From: Schizosaccharomyces osmophilus | Lineage: Eukaryota | Direction: 5' to 3' | Length of the DNA stretch: 64,000 bases | Assembly (NCBI RefSeq): GCF_027921745.1 | Contig: NC_079239.1 | Location: 2,666,001 to 2,730,000, forward strand | Shown here: positions 50,202 to 61,414 of the stretch, piece after piece | Layout: the number at the start of each line of letters is the position of its first letter | Position numbering within the stretch: position 1 is the stretch's first letter | Made by a program: the position numbers and the translations under genes | The notes under the pieces: generated by a model | Databases searched by the model: none | Seen by the model: only the letters and a program-made list of their open reading frames with translations | What the model was told of the DNA's origin: nothing

Positions 50202-50430
50202 GTAAACAAACAAAAACAAGTATTTACGAAACAATCATGAGTTGAACGGTGGGTTTCCGCTAAACGCGATTCACAAGAGACCTTTTTTTTTTTTTTTTTC
50301 TTTTTCGACAGTGTACAAACAAAAAGCAAAATGAGTTTATGAAGAAAAAGCAAAATTTGTCGTTCTTCCAAGATTGTTACCCTTGCCCCTTTAACGCAGG
50401 GAAAGAATCTCTTTAAAATGTAAACAAACA
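50202..50430 (+). promoter_or_regulatory. Two FLEX forkhead (Mei4/Fkh2) elements upstream of apc14
   Basis: GTAAACAAACA at 50202-50212 and 50420-50430. Confidence 0.7.
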
Positions 50431-50918
50431 AACCAAAAAAAAATTCTCTCAAATTATTCGGTTACGGGTTGTATTTCGTGAAGCATTGGATCATTCTCTT
50501 TTTTTTTTTTTTTTTTTTTTTGCAATCCGAAAAAATTGGATAAACAAAGAACCTGGTAGTCTAATCTGGATTCATGAGGTTAATATTGCTAGATAGAGCT
50601 AGTCATGGTTTCAAAAATTCCGGTATTGCGTTTAGAGATTCTTAGCTAAAAAATGAAAAGATCTTCCAGAAGTCCCTTGAAACTCACGGTATTGAAAGAA
50701 CTTTAAGAGGTCCTGAATCCCAATGGTCACATTCGCAAACAAAATCTGAAGTTGGAATTGTTTCTCTCTTGCTGTTTCTTATTTTTTTTCCAGTAGTTAT
50801 TATAATAATTAGAATAAATCTGTTTCACTGAGTGTTCCTTGGCTGCCGGTTCAGGGTTCTACTCTCCTATGGAATATGCAACTGTGCTTTCTTACACACA
50901 CCACCAAAAGCAGGTATC

Positions 50919-51944
50919 ATGATTGGAATCGCATATCGGCCAATTTCAAGATCGCTTTTTGCATCTCGTTCTGTTTTCACGAAAATTAATGGACGATTCT
51001 TCAACGTTCTTGCTCTTTTGGAACATCAAGAAGGAAAGTCTAAACCAGCTTCTCTCTCTGCAATCGAAGCCGCGAAACGTACTGGAGGAGACGTTTTTGC
51101 TTTCGTAGTTGGCCCAAATGCATCTCAAGTCGCTCAACAAGCATCCAAGTCGGTGGATGGCTTAAAGCAGGTGATTCATGTGGAAAACAATGCCTACGAG
51201 CGTTTTTTACCGGATCAGATTGCCAAGGTTTTGTATGAAAATGCAAAAAAATTTGATGCCTCTCATGTCTTTAGTGCACACAGTACCCTTGGAAAAGGAG
51301 TCATGCCTAGGTTAGCTGCAATGTTGGATGTAATGCAAGTCAGCGATGTGATTCGCGTGGTGGATGAAAAAACATTCGTTCGCCCTACTTATGCTGGTAA
51401 TGTAAATGTACACGTTAAAACCGAGGAACCCGTCAAGCTCGTCACAGTACGTGCGTCTGCTTTTGATCCCACTCCCGCCATTGACAATGGCTCCGCTAGT
51501 GTTACTGCAGGCGTGGACCCTCAACCTGCTGCTCTACAGTCATGGGTAAGCGAAAACATTATTAAAAGTGAACGTCCTGACCTTGGCTCTGCTGAACGCG
51601 TCGTAGCTGGTGGCCGTCCCCTAAAAGACAAAGCTACTTTTGAAAAGACGCTAACTCCTCTTGCTGACAAATTGGGCGCTGCTATTGGTGCTACTCGTGT
51701 TGCAGTTGATTCTGGCTACGCCGACAACTCTTTGCAAATTGGACAGACCGGAAAAATTATCGCTCCTAAATTGTATATTGCTGTAGGAGTCGACGGTGCC
51801 ATTCAACATACTGCAGGCATTAAAGACAGCAAAGTCATCGCCTCTATTAACCGGGATGAAAACTCTCCTATCTTCCAGCATTCTGATGTAGGTTTGGTTA
51901 CTGATTTGTATGAAGCTGTTCCCGAACTTGTTGAGAAGCTTTAA
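50919..51944 (+). CDS. etf1: Electron transfer flavoprotein alpha subunit
   Basis: Mitochondrial presequence; FVRPTYAGN, AAIGATRVAVD, QIGQTGKIIAPKLYIAVG. Confidence 0.95.
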   Translation: MIGIAYRPISRSLFASRSVFTKINGRFFNVLALLEHQEGKSKPASLSAIEAAKRTGGDVFAFVVGPNASQVAQQASKSVDGLKQVIHVENNAYERFLPDQIAKVLYENAKKFDASHVFSAHSTLGKGVMPRLAAMLDVMQVSDVIRVVDEKTFVRPTYAGNVNVHVKTEEPVKLVTVRASAFDPTPAIDNGSASVTAGVDPQPAALQSWVSENIIKSERPDLGSAERVVAGGRPLKDKATFEKTLTPLADKLGAAIGATRVAVDSGYADNSLQIGQTGKIIAPKLYIAVGVDGAIQHTAGIKDSKVIASINRDENSPIFQHSDVGLVTDLYEAVPELVEKL

Positions 51945-52414
51945 GCTCAATTCATGTAAATGATATGTGTCCGTGTGCAAACAAATCATACTAGGATTAT
52001 TTTACCTTTTTTTTTGGTTCTATGTCAACGTTTGTTATCCTTTTTGTTTTTATGTCCTGTTCCCTTTTTAATTAAAATAATAAACCGAGTCTGAAATATA
52101 ATGAGAGAGATATTTTCGTATACTTTCCTATGAGACACATTTGGAAATTCTATATAAAAATTGCATAAAGCACTATGGAGGGTCCGATGCCCACATTGAA
52201 ACCCTTGGAATTGCACCCTCTTTTTTTCTTATTCCTTTTTTGTTTATCTCTAATCAAAAAACCAAATGATGGAAAACTTGTAACTTTGTATTATCGAGGT
52301 AAAAGAACTTTGTCATGAACATTGCACAAAGTACTGTACCGTAGTAAGCACAGCCAAATGAAATTAAATAAACAAAAAGTAATACTAAGATCAAACGCTT
52401 ATTTTACGATAATC

Positions 52415-52867
52415 TTAGAATCCGCGAGCAGCACCCCGGCCTCGTCCACGACCACGACCACGGCCCCGTCCACGACCACGGCCACGGTCGACTTCCTTTT
52501 TCTTTTGTTTCGGTTTCGTGCTATCATCAATTAAAAGGGTATCCAAGGGTAAAGAATCTGGGAGGATGTAGTAACGAATGTTATTACCACGAATGGACAG
52601 AGTTTCCAAAGGGACTGGTTCGCGTCCTTTCACCGTCATTTTAACGGTTTTTAAATGAGTGTTCATTTGCATGTCTACAGCGGTGATTGTTCCATGAAGG
52701 ATGGTTCCTGTTTCCATTAGCATTAGCCCGTATTCTCACTTCTTGGGAAAAGCGACCGTACATACCATTTTTCAGCTCAATGGAGACCGTCTCATTTGTT
52801 AATTTCATTAAAAACCTAATTCATTAGTTATAAAACTTGTTTTTTTCACATACCGAACCAATTTCAT
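52415..52867 (-). CDS. smd1: Sm core protein D1 (exons 52854-52867, 52766-52815, 52415-52707)
   Basis: Spliced [29 protein letters not shown]...SIRGNNIRY with an RG-dipeptide tail. Confidence 0.96.
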
Positions 52868-53217
52868 CTTGAAATTATGTACAGGTGTTGTAGGTTCGTA
52901 TCTAGAAAAGTTACCTATACAGGAGTCTACACAAATGTCAATCATGGTATGCCCATATATCACTCAGTTTAGAAATATAAGAAAGCTACGAAACTTTAGT
53001 TTAATATACATCCTTTTTTTTTTTTTTTTTTTTTTTTCATCTACCTTCGACTTTTTGTTTTCAAATTTATATTTTATAAGTATCTCAGTAGCAGTTGCAA
53101 GGGTATTCATATTTATTTTTATATTCATGTTCATTTTAGTATTCATAAATAGCATATCTGATTGAAAACAAAGGCATAAGTTGTTGAAGCAAACGAACGA
53201 AGGAAGGGTGACGCTTC

Positions 53218-54802
53218 TTAAGACGAGCTGCTCTCTTTATATTTTCGATGAAGCGTAGAACAAAAGCTCTCATACACCAAGTAGTCTTTTCCTTCTTTCC
53301 AACAGCATTGGCCTTTGAAATTGTCGTAACTGATTGTGCACCTAAAACTGTCCTCCATGCTTATTTGGGAAGGGTTTTGATGCTTACCCGTTCGTCTAGC
53401 TTTGCGGGACCAAGAAATACCATTCGAAAAAATAGCTACCTTTTCATGATAACGACTGTGTTCAACGTTCATACTATCCAAGAATCCATCTAGTACCTCA
53501 AAAAAAGTTTGATTATTAATGCTCACATCCCACTCATACAAAGTTTTTCTAGGCAGCAGTTTAGGAAGTGAGAAAAAGGCAGGGCGTATCAAATGCTAAG
53601 TCTGTCAGTTGAAAATTTAAATCTGACGGGATCGATTCTTACGTTCAATGGTCGCCGACGCGAAAAAGACCAGCTTAGAATCCACCGTTTTGTTTTCCCC
53701 ACATGAATTTCATATATTCCATAATTATCAATCTAGTATAGCAAGGTTAGTCAATTTTTTTTGTTTTTCCAAATTATCAATTCAACCTTTTCATCTCGCA
53801 AATCGTGAATTAAATCGGCTAAGCTTGATTTTTTTCCAAGCAAACAGGTAAACCATAAAATTTCACGTCTACATTTACTTTCTTGAAGAATTCTCCTTGC
53901 AAATTCAACCTCACCTCCTTGCGTAATCATCTCATTTTTACTTCCACTGCAGATGGAATTTGGTAGCCGATCTTTATTGTTGAAAATTTCTTCGTTGCTA
54001 CCATAAAACGGCGGATTGCATATAACAAAGGTAAATTCTTGGCCACTTGGGTATCTCGAGAGAAAAGAAGCGGCTTCACAACGATGTTCAAGCTTAATCT
54101 TGTCTTCCAACCGGTTATTCATAACGTTTGAACAAGCTGCATCATAGGAAGACGAATCGATTTCTAATGGTTAGTTTCTTTCCCGAGTTTGTAACTATCA
54201 GAATGAAAAACATACCTGTTGCTAAGAAGTTGAATGAGTACAGTTTACAACCTAGCAAAGGATAGATACAAGATGCACCTGTTCCAATGTCCAGCCCTAT
54301 CACTTTTTCATTGTCAAAGTCAACTATCGTACTCTGCAAGAGACTTTCAATGTAGTCTAGATACAAAACACTGCAAATTGTTAGATAAACAAATAAAAGA
54401 AAACTTCTAGGTAACCATACCGATTAGGGACCTAACACGTTAGTTTTTGATGTTTTCAGAATCAAGCTAATATACCATAGGACATAATCGGTTCTTTGGC
54501 AAAGACAATTCCAACGAAAAATATACTTTCAAAATGGCTTTAGCCAGTGTTCTATGGATATTAGAATCTGAAGGTCTCAGTTGATGTGAATGTAACGTAC
54601 AAAACAGCACCTTGATCCCAAAAATCAATATGTCCTTCTTGTAAGCTGGATACATCAAGTCAGTTCAAAAATTTTAAAAAGGAAAAAATGAGACGTAAAA
54701 AACGTACAAATGCTGTAAAGGAGGGTACTCCTGTGATAATTTTTGAAAGTCCAAGTGAAGTATGGAATCCAGCTTACTCGCTGCTGTCAAAGCAGTGGAC
54801 AT
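53218..54802 (-). CDS. mtl16: METTL16/RlmF-family m6A methyltransferase (U6 snRNA), 8 coding exons
   Basis: DFQKLSQEYP, IDFWD, LCPM|VPNR, GLDIGTGASCIYPLLG, CNPPFY, GGEVEF, WFTCLLGKKSSL, GKTKRWILSWSF assembled over 7 introns. Confidence 0.9.
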
Positions 54803-54945
54803 TCTAATGCAATGTTTCAATAAAATGCAAATCATAAAACCATTCCACTTACCTAGAGTTTGAGTCTGTCCCTAATGAAGCTTGCCAATCCTAAAATAAA
54901 AGTGTCATCCTCGGCCCGTCGTTGAAGAAAAGTGGATATTACAAT

Positions 54946-55340
54946 TGTCATAACTGGTATACGATATTACTAATATTTTGATACAATAAATGTATTGTAT
55001 TATCAAATACGTTATTACAAAAACTAAATTTTCATTTTTGCCATTAAAAATTTTATAAAGCTAGAACTAAAAGTTATCTAGAAGCTGACTAATCTTAGAA
55101 ATATATATATACCTCTGCTGAGAGATCAAATCTTCAGATTGGAAGATTTGACTGATCTAGCCAAATAAATTGTCCTTACAACTTACTTAGTGAATCAGAT
55201 CCCTGGAAGCTATTACTATTTTTCTATAGTACAAAAGCATCCAATCTATAAGTCAAACATACAATTTAATGAATTGTTATCACTTACATCTTTTCCACTG
55301 AATACTTATTCTCATAACAAGTGAGATTCAACCTGTGACA
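54946..55340 (+). repeat. 5' LTR (395 bp)
   Basis: TGTCA...TGACA inverted termini, TATA tract 55101-55110, AATAAA 55164-55169; the start recurs right after the PPT. Confidence 0.85.
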
Positions 55341-55345
55341 AATTT

Positions 55346-55360
55346 ATCTTCCAACCTGAA
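55346..55360 (+). other. Self-priming primer-binding site
   Basis: ATCTTCCAACCTGAA is complementary at 14/15 positions to TTCAGATTGGAAGAT (55133-55147) just downstream of the LTR TATA; no tRNA-type TGG PBS follows the LTR. Confidence 0.75.
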
Positions 55361-55410
55361 AGTGGAAATCTTTTTCGTTTTAAGTACGATTCATTCGAAT
55401 AAAAACAAAA

Positions 55411-58400
55411 ATGGAAGTGGACTCTGAAAGCGCTGGGTTTGAAATTGCTTTTCAGCAAATGCAAACACAAGTGCGTGCGCTGCAAAAAGACTATACTAAA
55501 CAAATGAAAATGATGTCTGATCAAATGATGATCATGAATCAAGAAAGAATGGCCGAAAATTTGAGTAAAATGGAAATTGACGAAAATTATATCTATGAGA
55601 ACCCGTTAGACATGATCGACTTGGTATCACAGAATTATGGCACAAAATACAATTTATACCTAGACGAAGTCAGAAGATACATACCAAAACCATTTACGGG
55701 AAAAAACAACCAAACCTTAAGTGACTTCAAAGATGCACTGGTAATGATCTTCAAAACAGTTCCTCTAGTATTTCCAACTGATCGCGAAAAAATCAACTAT
55801 CTTTATCATAGAACTGGAGAACATTATCAAAACCAAATTAAGGAGATTGTAAAAAAGCCCGGAAAGAATAGAACCTTTGAGTACGTCTTTGAACAAACCC
55901 TTGAAAATGGAAAAAGCGATTCTTGGTTAGAAACATTGCATGAATATTTAGAACAAACACCAAATTTGGATCTTGATTTTCATGATTATGAGAAATGGCT
56001 TAACAGCTTAGACCAAGATACACATATTAGGGTTACTATCTTTTTAAGTCTCAAAATGAATCACCGAAGCCTTCTTCTAGATCATGGGTATGAAAAAGGG
56101 GATATACATCAAGCAAGGAAACAGACAAAGAGAAAGTTATGGTATACACCACTTCCAAAACCAACGAAATATACACGCCAACAGTTTTCAACACCGAAAC
56201 TGAAAACTTGGAAACCTAATAAGCGCGAACAAACCAAACATTTTGACGACTCCAAAAATGAAGCGAAACCAAAGTTAAATGAAATACTAGAACCTAATAT
56301 CGACTCTAAGAGAAATACAACCATCCATATAAATAAATTATATTCGAGAGAGCGAAGAACCAAGTATCAAGATGATGAATTTTCTCAATATTCTGATGTG
56401 GAAATCAAAAACCGCAAGGTCAATGCGTTCATAGACACAGGCGCAAATGTGTCAGTAATGAGAGAGGATTTAGCCAAACAGTTTGCAATTAAATTCAATA
56501 AAGAATATCGAATATTCGAGAGTATAACGGAAGACAAACTCGAAGTTAAAGGAAGTTTAACATTACCAGTAAAACATAACGATCGAACGTATTACGAAAA
56601 GTTTATAATTACAACAAAGGCACAGAATCCAGTCCTTATCGGATGGACGCTTATAAAAAGGATATTAGGAAGCTGGAAAAGCTTATTTGACTGTGACAAA
56701 CTCAAGGACCAGAATAATAACCCCGACGAAAACAAAGATAAACTTCATGAAATATTAGTGCCGTTCGACAAAGTATTCACAGATCCTACAAATAATCCGT
56801 TACCCGAACACTCAAATAGTGATTTAAAGATCGAACTTACAAACGAATTGCCAGATCATACACCAAAACTAAGGCCTTATACACAAAAGGAATACGCAAC
56901 AATATACGAAAAGGTGCGCGAATTATTAAGTCAAGGCCGAATCCGCAAGAGCTCATCAAAATTTATGTGTGCTCCTATAGTTGTACCGAAAAAGGGAACA
57001 GATAAATATCTTATGGTTATAAATTACAAACCACTTAACGCCATTACAAAGAGGGATAATTATCCATTACCTAATTTCGAAGAAATTATAAATTGGCTAA
57101 GCGGAGCCAAAGTCTTCAGTAGAATTGGTCTGAAAGAAGCATATCATTTACTTAGAATTCGAAAAGGCGATGAACAAAAGACAGCCTTCAAGACACCCTT
57201 TGGAGCATTTGAATACAAAGTAATGCCCTTTGGATTAACCAATGCGCCAGCAAATTTTCAAAGATATATTAACCAAGCACTTTTTCCATACCTTGGAGTT
57301 TTCATTATCGTTTATTTGGACGATATTCTGATATTTTCCTCTTCAGAAAAAGAACACGAGGAACATTTACAAAAAGTATTGCAAAAGCTACAAGACGCAA
57401 ATTTATACGCAAATCGAGAGAAATGTACCTTTTTCCAAAAGAAAGTCAAATTCTTAGGTCATATCTTCTCCAACCAAGGACTTGAGATTGACCCAGAAAG
57501 AATTCAAGCTGTTACAAATTGGCCTGAACCCAATACGTTGCGACGCCTACAATCTTTCTTAGGTTTTGTTAATTATTCCAGACGATTTATGCCGAATCTT
57601 TCAAAATTGGCACGACCGTTATATGACCTAACAAAGAAGAATGTCAAATACAAATGGACCGACCGTCATAAAGAAGCCTTTGTCAACATCAAGGAAGAAC
57701 TAGAAAACGTTCCTATGTTAAAACACTATGATCCAACAAAAGAAACTCGATTAGAAACTGACGCTTCCGACTTTGCCATAGGAGCCATCCTATCGCAAAA
57801 ACAAGATGACAACGTTTATCATCCAATAGCTTTCTATTCAGAAACATTCACAGATCGTCAATGCATTTGGCCAACATGGGAAAAAGAAGCCTATGCAATT
57901 ATTGCTGCTCTCCGAAAATGGTATCATTTCTTAGCTCACACAGAAACACCATTTCAAATATTAACAGATCACAAGAATCTAACATCTATGTTTACAAAAA
58001 TTCACACAGATACTCGTTCCAAAATCAATAGATGGGCAACAGAATTGGAACTATACAATTTCGAAATTCAATATCGACCTGGCCGAAAGAATGAACCAGC
58101 AGACGCAATCTCACGTCGCCCAGATTATAAAATCACTGCCATCAATCAACTTAGCGAAACAAATTATCTAACAAATGTTTTCGACTACGTTCGCAAAGAG
58201 TACTCCAATCATAAAAAGTTTCAAAGAATCCTAAATGGAGACAACGACAATCCGCAATATACAATTATAAACGGCCTCATCATTAATGATAAAAGACAAA
58301 TTATCATCCCAACAGTTCCACAACTAGTTCAGTTGATATGTTATCAATTCCATGATCATCCTATTTCAGGAGGACATCGAGGAAAACTGTCCACAACAAA

Positions 58401-59573
58401 TCGCATTCGCGAAAAGTTTTATTGGCAAGGAATGACAAGCGATATCCAAAAGTATGTTAAAAATTGTGATATATGTCAGCACAGTAAAACTCGAAATCAT
58501 CAACGCTATGGTCAATTACAACCACTGCCCATTGCAGAAAAACCGTTTCAACATTATTCTATGGATTTTATCGTTGGATTACCAGTATCTCAAGGTAAAG
58601 ATGCCATCTTAACAATTGTTGATCGTTTCACCAAAATGGCTTGGTTTCTTCCTTGTAATACAACCACGACCGCAGAACAACTGATCGCAATGTTCGAATC
58701 TCATATCGTAGCGGTATACGGTAAACCAAGAGACATAGTTTCCGATCGAGGACCTATATTCATTTCTGATAAATGGAAACAATACCTCAAAGATCATAAT
58801 GTAACACTCAGATTATCTTCTGGATCTCATCCACAAACGAATGGACAAACTGAACGTGTTAACCAAATAGTCGAAAAATATTTACGTTGCTATATGCATG
58901 ACAATTTGGAAAATTGGGCTACATATTTGAAGAAAGCACAGTTATGTTACAACTCTGCTGAACATAGCGCTACCAAAGTAAGCCCAATAAAGGCTGCATG
59001 TGGTATACAACCTATACTAACAAAATCGGATATGCAATTAAAAAACGATCTCGGTACATTATTTTTATCCTCATAGACAGAACCTGTTCACGACATCAGA
59101 AATCACATACGAAAAGTGAATGAAACTACAATCGCAAGACAGAGATACCGCCAATATTCAAATCCGGTGACCAAGTACTCATTAAGAATGGTAAAGTGGG
59201 ATTCTTTCATCAAAACAACAAACTGGAACCAACGTTTGTCGGACCATTCGAAATAAAAAAGAAAGTTGCAGAACACAACTATACTTTAAATTTTCCTCGT
59301 GAAATACGAAGACGATACCCTGCATCATTTCATGTGTCTGAACTCGAATAATACAACGCAGACTCACATGCAAACAACTTTCTGGCAAATATAACCATCG
59401 ACCGTATATTAGATGTCGACAACAACAAAAAGCCTTCGCTTTATTACTGTTCATACCATACGAAACTGTTAAACGACTACCTTCGTTCAGTCACTTGGAT
59501 CCCCACTCATATTGTTCAACAGAAAGCAGATCCAAAACTCGTTGAATATAACCAAAGCGCTTCATCTCAATAG
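55411..59573 (+). pseudogene. Gag-Pol polyprotein, open to 59076, with a frameshifted and stop-interrupted integrase GPF/chromodomain tail
   Basis: Protease FIDTGA, RT MPFGLTNAPA and YLDD, RNase H ETDASD..TDHKNL, IN HHCC and D-D-E; another frame continues FKSGDQVL..FVGPF..FHVSELE*..IDRILD..VTWIP. Confidence 0.9.
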
Positions 59574-59710
59574 AACCGCAAGGAAAACAAGATCTTTCAA
59601 TTCAAGGAAGTGAAAGCGTCTTAAGAAGGGAGGTGTCATAACTGGTATACGATATTACTAGTATATTGATATTATTATCGTATAACAACAAGGATTCATG
59701 AATGTAATGA

Positions 59711-60173
59711 TGTCACGTTAGTAATTCTCACGGGTTATGAGAATAAATATCCGGTGTAAATAATAACTACAAAAGTAGGATTGTTTTCGTGAATTGGACT
59801 ATGTTGTGCTACCAGTATAGACGCTAGTAATGTCCAGGGATCTGATCGACTAAATTGAAAGTAAAAAGACGATCTTTATTTAGCCAAACCAGTCGAATCT
59901 TCCATTCTGAAGAATTCGACTGTTGGTTCATAGGTTATATATCTTTTCTAAGATAGCTAACGTAATCTATCTCTTTGTTAAACAAAGTCATTTTTTGAAA
60001 GACTTCTGTTCCAAAGGACTGTCCGATTTGTTAATATCGTAATTTCTGTGTTTTGTTTACCATTCGTAATATTTCACTCTTTAGTCTTATGGTTTTTGCC
60101 AATATTAAGCAATATGCTCTTAGAGTGCCATAGTATAATATATATAAATATTAACAAGACACCTATCGTGACA
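59711..60173 (-). mobile_element. Inverted solo LTR of a related subfamily (~463 bp)
   Basis: The reverse complement aligns by eye to the R/U5 part of the 5' LTR (TCTTAGAAA..TATATA..TCTTCAGA.TGGAAGATT.GACT..AATAAA..ATCAGATCCCTGGA..TATTCTCATAAC..GTGACA); TGTCA/TGACA ends. The 60173 boundary is less certain. Confidence 0.85.
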
Positions 60174-60322
60174 AATACAAGACAAAACGAATGAAAAAGT
60201 TTACAAGGTACAAAAACGAAAAAATGATACAGCAAAGAGGAAAGAATATAGATAAACCATACAAAATTTAAATGCTTGGGTTAATGATTTCAACAATCGC
60301 TAAAGCTAGGAATAAAGTTCGC

Positions 60323-61414
60323 TTAAACAGTCAATTGGAGACCTTCAAGAGGATTGATCTCTTCAAAGTACTCAAGGTAAGACTTGTCAGTAATGGCGGA
60401 CAGCTCATAAGAGACAGTCTTGTAAGAGCCGGGGCAAGTGATGTTGGTGGTGTAATCGCAACCGTTGGAAGAGCAATTGAAGCGGCCAACTTCAGCAATG
60501 CGGTTAGGGGTATTGGCCCAAGTAGTACCGTCATTGGCAGCAGAAGACAGGTTATAGAACACGAATTCACCGACGCCATTTGAGCCATCAACTTGAATAG
60601 GGAAGCCATTCTTATCAATATGGAAATGAAGTTGGCATTTTTGATCGGAAACCTGAGGAACGTCAAAAGTGAAGATGGTATTGACGTGGTCATTTTCCTT
60701 TTGATAAGCAACGGGCGAGTAGACATTGCCAGAATTAGAGTCTGGAGAAGAAGTGTTGGTGAGACGAATGCCGTTGGGGAAGATTGGAGCAGGTCCGTTA
60801 CCAGAATTTTTCTCATAGCTGCTTCCAGTGGGAACAACGTCTTGTACTTTGGCGTTGGAAGAGGCTGCAGAAGTGGGAGCGGTGCTAGCAGAAGAAGAAG
60901 AAGAAGAAAAAGGACCTGCAAGTGATCCAAAGCCAACACAGTTGCTATCACCATTCCCTTGCCCATAATAGACCGAGTAAACAGGTGAATCCTCTTTCAC
61001 GGGGCAGGCAACGAAACCTTGTCCCTTATAGTTTAGCAGATAGCCACCGGCAATTTCTTCTCCAAAACTGAATCCTTCGGCAGAGCCCTCATCTTTAGAT
61101 GTAAAGACCAAAGCACCACTATCGCCAAGGTGAGCAAAATCGTTTTCATGGATGAGATGACCATTGGACACAGTGAACACAGAAGATTTGTTTACATGAT
61201 CATAGGGATCTAGGTAAACGCTACCGGACTCGCCAACATACAAGGAGTGGAAATGAACATAAAGATTTCCTGAGCGGAGGGTCATTACAGAAAACGGTTG
61301 ATTATCCTGAATGCCCGAACGCCTAAAAAAAGGAGCTGCAAAGGAGGAAGTTGGAGCATATGCCAAAAGGGAGAGCAAGGTATAAATTGAAAAATTGGAA
61401 GAAAACAATTTCAT
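60323..61414 (-). CDS. But2-family secreted/cell-surface protein
   Basis: Signal peptide, GFVACP..YSVY...CV cell-wall domain, Ser-rich linker, But2 C-terminal domain (IFPNGI..TIFTFDVP..CQLHF). Confidence 0.85.
   Translation of the reverse strand: MKLFSSNFSIYTLLSLLAYAPTSSFAAPFFRRSGIQDNQPFSVMTLRSGNLYVHFHSLYVGESGSVYLDPYDHVNKSSVFTVSNGHLIHENDFAHLGDSGALVFTSKDEGSAEGFSFGEEIAGGYLLNYKGQGFVACPVKEDSPVYSVYYGQGNGDSNCVGFGSLAGPFSSSSSSASTAPTSAASSNAKVQDVVPTGSSYEKNSGNGPAPIFPNGIRLTNTSSPDSNSGNVYSPVAYQKENDHVNTIFTFDVPQVSDQKCQLHFHIDKNGFPIQVDGSNGVGEFVFYNLSSAANDGTTWANTPNRIAEVGRFNCSSNGCDYTTNITCPGSYKTVSYELSAITDKSYLEYFEEINPLEGLQLTV

Larger units (their letters stand above)
54946..59710 (+). mobile_element. Decayed Tf1/Tf2-like Ty3/gypsy LTR retrotransposon (chromovirus)
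   Basis: 5' LTR, PBS, single gag-PR-RT-RH-IN ORF, polypurine tract AAGAAGGGAGG (59623-59633), and a 3' LTR start identical to the 5' LTR for 27 bp. Confidence 0.95.

Noticed and set aside
49889..50452. 187-aa minus-strand ORF overlapping apc14
   Set aside because: Built from homopolymer tracts in promoter DNA and out of frame with apc14.
60331..60966. 211-aa alternative-frame ORF in the But2 gene
   Set aside because: Codon-bias shadow of the real CDS.
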